This document shows positions 62,571-64,000 of a stretch of DNA of 64,000 nucleotides, one piece after another; positions within the stretch are counted from its first letter, which is position 1; each line of letters begins with the position of its first letter. The notes under the pieces were generated by a model. It was not told where the DNA came from. It did no database searches and saw only the letters and a list, made by a program, of their open reading frames with translations. Origin of the DNA: a virus; the IMG/VR virus record IMGVR_UViG_3300048592_001371, positions 32,001 to 96,000 of that record. One strand, written 5' to 3'. The position numbers and the translations under genes are program-made.

Positions 62571-64000
62571 ATGAAAGAGCTTCGGAGAATCGGCCTCAAG
62601 AACATCATCTACTTTAAGAAGGCGTCTCTGTCCTTTCGCCCTGGTCTCACGTTCATCCTGGGCCGCAACAAGAACGCAGGTGGCAAGAAAGCGTCTAACG
62701 CGGCTGGTAAGTCAAGTCTTTTCTTCCCCGTCTACTCGGCCTTTGGCTTTTCCAATCCCATTGTCAAAGGCAAGCACGTTCTCAAAACGGTGTATGGCAA
62801 GAACTCGGCTACGATGCTGGAGTTCAAGAACGGCAAACATCTCTGGCGAATCGAAAAATCCAAGAGCAAGTTGAAGCTTTTCCGCGATGGGAAAGACATT
62901 CAGATTCGCACATCCACTCTAGCCCAAGAACGCATTGATCGTTTGCTGGATACGACAGAGGACGAGTTCTACAGCATCTATTACATCGACTCCAGTCGGC
63001 CACACCTGTTCCAAAACGGCACGTCCGCAGAGCGGTTTGCTTTCATCACCCGTATGTTCCGGCTGTCAGACATTGACGAGATACGCCGCAAGATCAAGTC
63101 TGAGATTTCCGACATGAACGTGGAGACCTCTACTCGGGAACGCTTGAAAGAGGAACTCGATCAGCTAGTAGCGGACTTCGATGGTAATGACATTGCAGAC
63201 CTGAATGGACAGTATTCAGATCTCACGGAGAAGCAGAAGTCGCTTGTCAAGAAACAGGTGAAGCTAGAGCGACATCTTCATGTCCTAGACGTGGCGCGTT
63301 CCTTTGCGAAGCAGCACAAAAAGCTGAAAGCTCTGGAAGAGGAGTTGGGGCTTGGTACAACCGACATTACCGAGGCTATCAAGAAAACCAATCGGCTTCT
63401 GCGACAGTTTGAAGAAAGCAGCGAACAGCTCGGAGCATACAAGGCCTACCGCAAGAAGTGGAAAGAGCTGAGTGCAAAGCGCAAGGCTCTGCCGAGCGAT
63501 GGGATAACCTCGGTAGCCGAGCTCAAGAAAAAGATACGCAGCATTGAGAATGACCTTCAGAGGTATTCGGACATAGAGAAACCTACCAAGCCCGACTCTC
63601 CTGGCGTTAGCGAAGGGACACTGGCAAAGTTGAAGAAATACGGAATCTCTCTCGATGCTTCCGGGAAGGAAAAACTAGCGAAAGCCATTGGTAAGTATGC
63701 TAGCCTCCATACCACGGCTAAGGAACAACTGGAAGAATTCGACCGACACTTATCCGACCACGACGTAACCAATTGTCCGACGTGTCACTCCTCTCTGTCG
63801 AAAGGAACCAAGAAGTCGCTTCGGCAAGCTCTTGCGGACAAGGCCGCGGATGCATACTCGAAATACGACGCAGTACGCGCGCTGCAAACTGTCTATGGCT
63901 CGGCAATGGAGTGGGTGCGTTACGAGAAGGATTTGGGAGACTACCAGAAGGCGCGCCGCAAACACAATGAGATACTTGCCGAACATGATCTAGAGGCGAT
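62571..64000 (+). CDS. sbcC: SbcC/Rad50-like ATPase, 3' truncated (absent from the ORF track)
   Basis: Reads MKELRRIGLKNII...GLTFILGRN...NAAGKSS (Walker A), then coiled coil and a CPTC zinc hook near 63775. Confidence 0.85.
   Translation, partial: MKELRRIGLKNIIYFKKASLSFRPGLTFILGRNKNAGGKKASNAAGKSSLFFPVYSAFGFSNPIVKGKHVLKTVYGKNSATMLEFKNGKHLWRIEKSKSKLKLFRDGKDIQIRTSTLAQERIDRLLDTTEDEFYSIYYIDSSRPHLFQNGTSAERFAFITRMFRLSDIDEIRRKIKSEISDMNVETSTRERLKEELDQLVADFDGNDIADLNGQYSDLTEKQKSLVKKQVKLERHLHVLDVARSFAKQHKKLKALEEELGLGTTDITEAIKKTNRLLRQFEESSEQLGAYKAYRKKWKELSAKRKALPSDGITSVAELKKKIRSIENDLQRYSDIEKPTKPDSPGVSEGTLAKLKKYGISLDASGKEKLAKAIGKYASLHTTAKEQLEEFDRHLSDHDVTNCPTCHSSLSKGTKKSLRQALADKAADAYSKYDAVRALQTVYGSAMEWVRYEKDLGDYQKARRKHNEILAEHDLEA

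Noticed and set aside
1-64000. Stop-codon reassignment, integrase or transposase
   Set aside because: Genes tile densely under the standard code with all three stop codons used, and I recognised no mobile-element enzyme. The tyrosine motif at 33-35 kb belongs to topoisomerase IB.

Overview
This window is part of a large lytic tailed-phage (jumbo myovirus-like) genome, densely coding and almost entirely on the + strand. It has four blocks. (1) 1-13 kb: tail fibre and adhesin genes, including a T2 gp38-like glycine-rich adhesin, a beta-propeller tip protein and a sulfotransferase. (2) 13.1-30.4 kb: an unusual ~17 kb enzyme cluster embedded in the tail module. It holds three B12-binding radical SAM paralogues, three GNATs, four PP-loop ATPases resembling asparagine synthetase without its glutaminase domain, a TOMM-type leader-binding/E1-like protein, a second sulfotransferase, APS kinase and ornithine decarboxylase. 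Four paralogues of a tail-fibre-assembly-like protein are interleaved, each leading a PP-loop enzyme. (3) 30.6-40.4 kb: spanins, further structural genes, a type IB topoisomerase and a holin candidate. (4) 40.4-64 kb: replication, recombination and nucleotide genes (primase, Cas4-like nuclease, QueD/QueE/TGT-like 7-deazaguanine module, HPRT, sigma-like factor, SSB-like protein, RecA, SbcCD, DnaX, PAAR, dNMP kinase, ThyX), plus a structured ~680 bp intergenic region. The gene content is reminiscent of Y3/Lu11/PaBG-like jumbo myoviruses (inference, not searched). The best candidate for a new system is block 2, which I interpret as a RiPP-like post-translational tailoring pathway probably aimed at the phage's own tail fibres. 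All family calls come from motif recognition by eye; no database searches were run.
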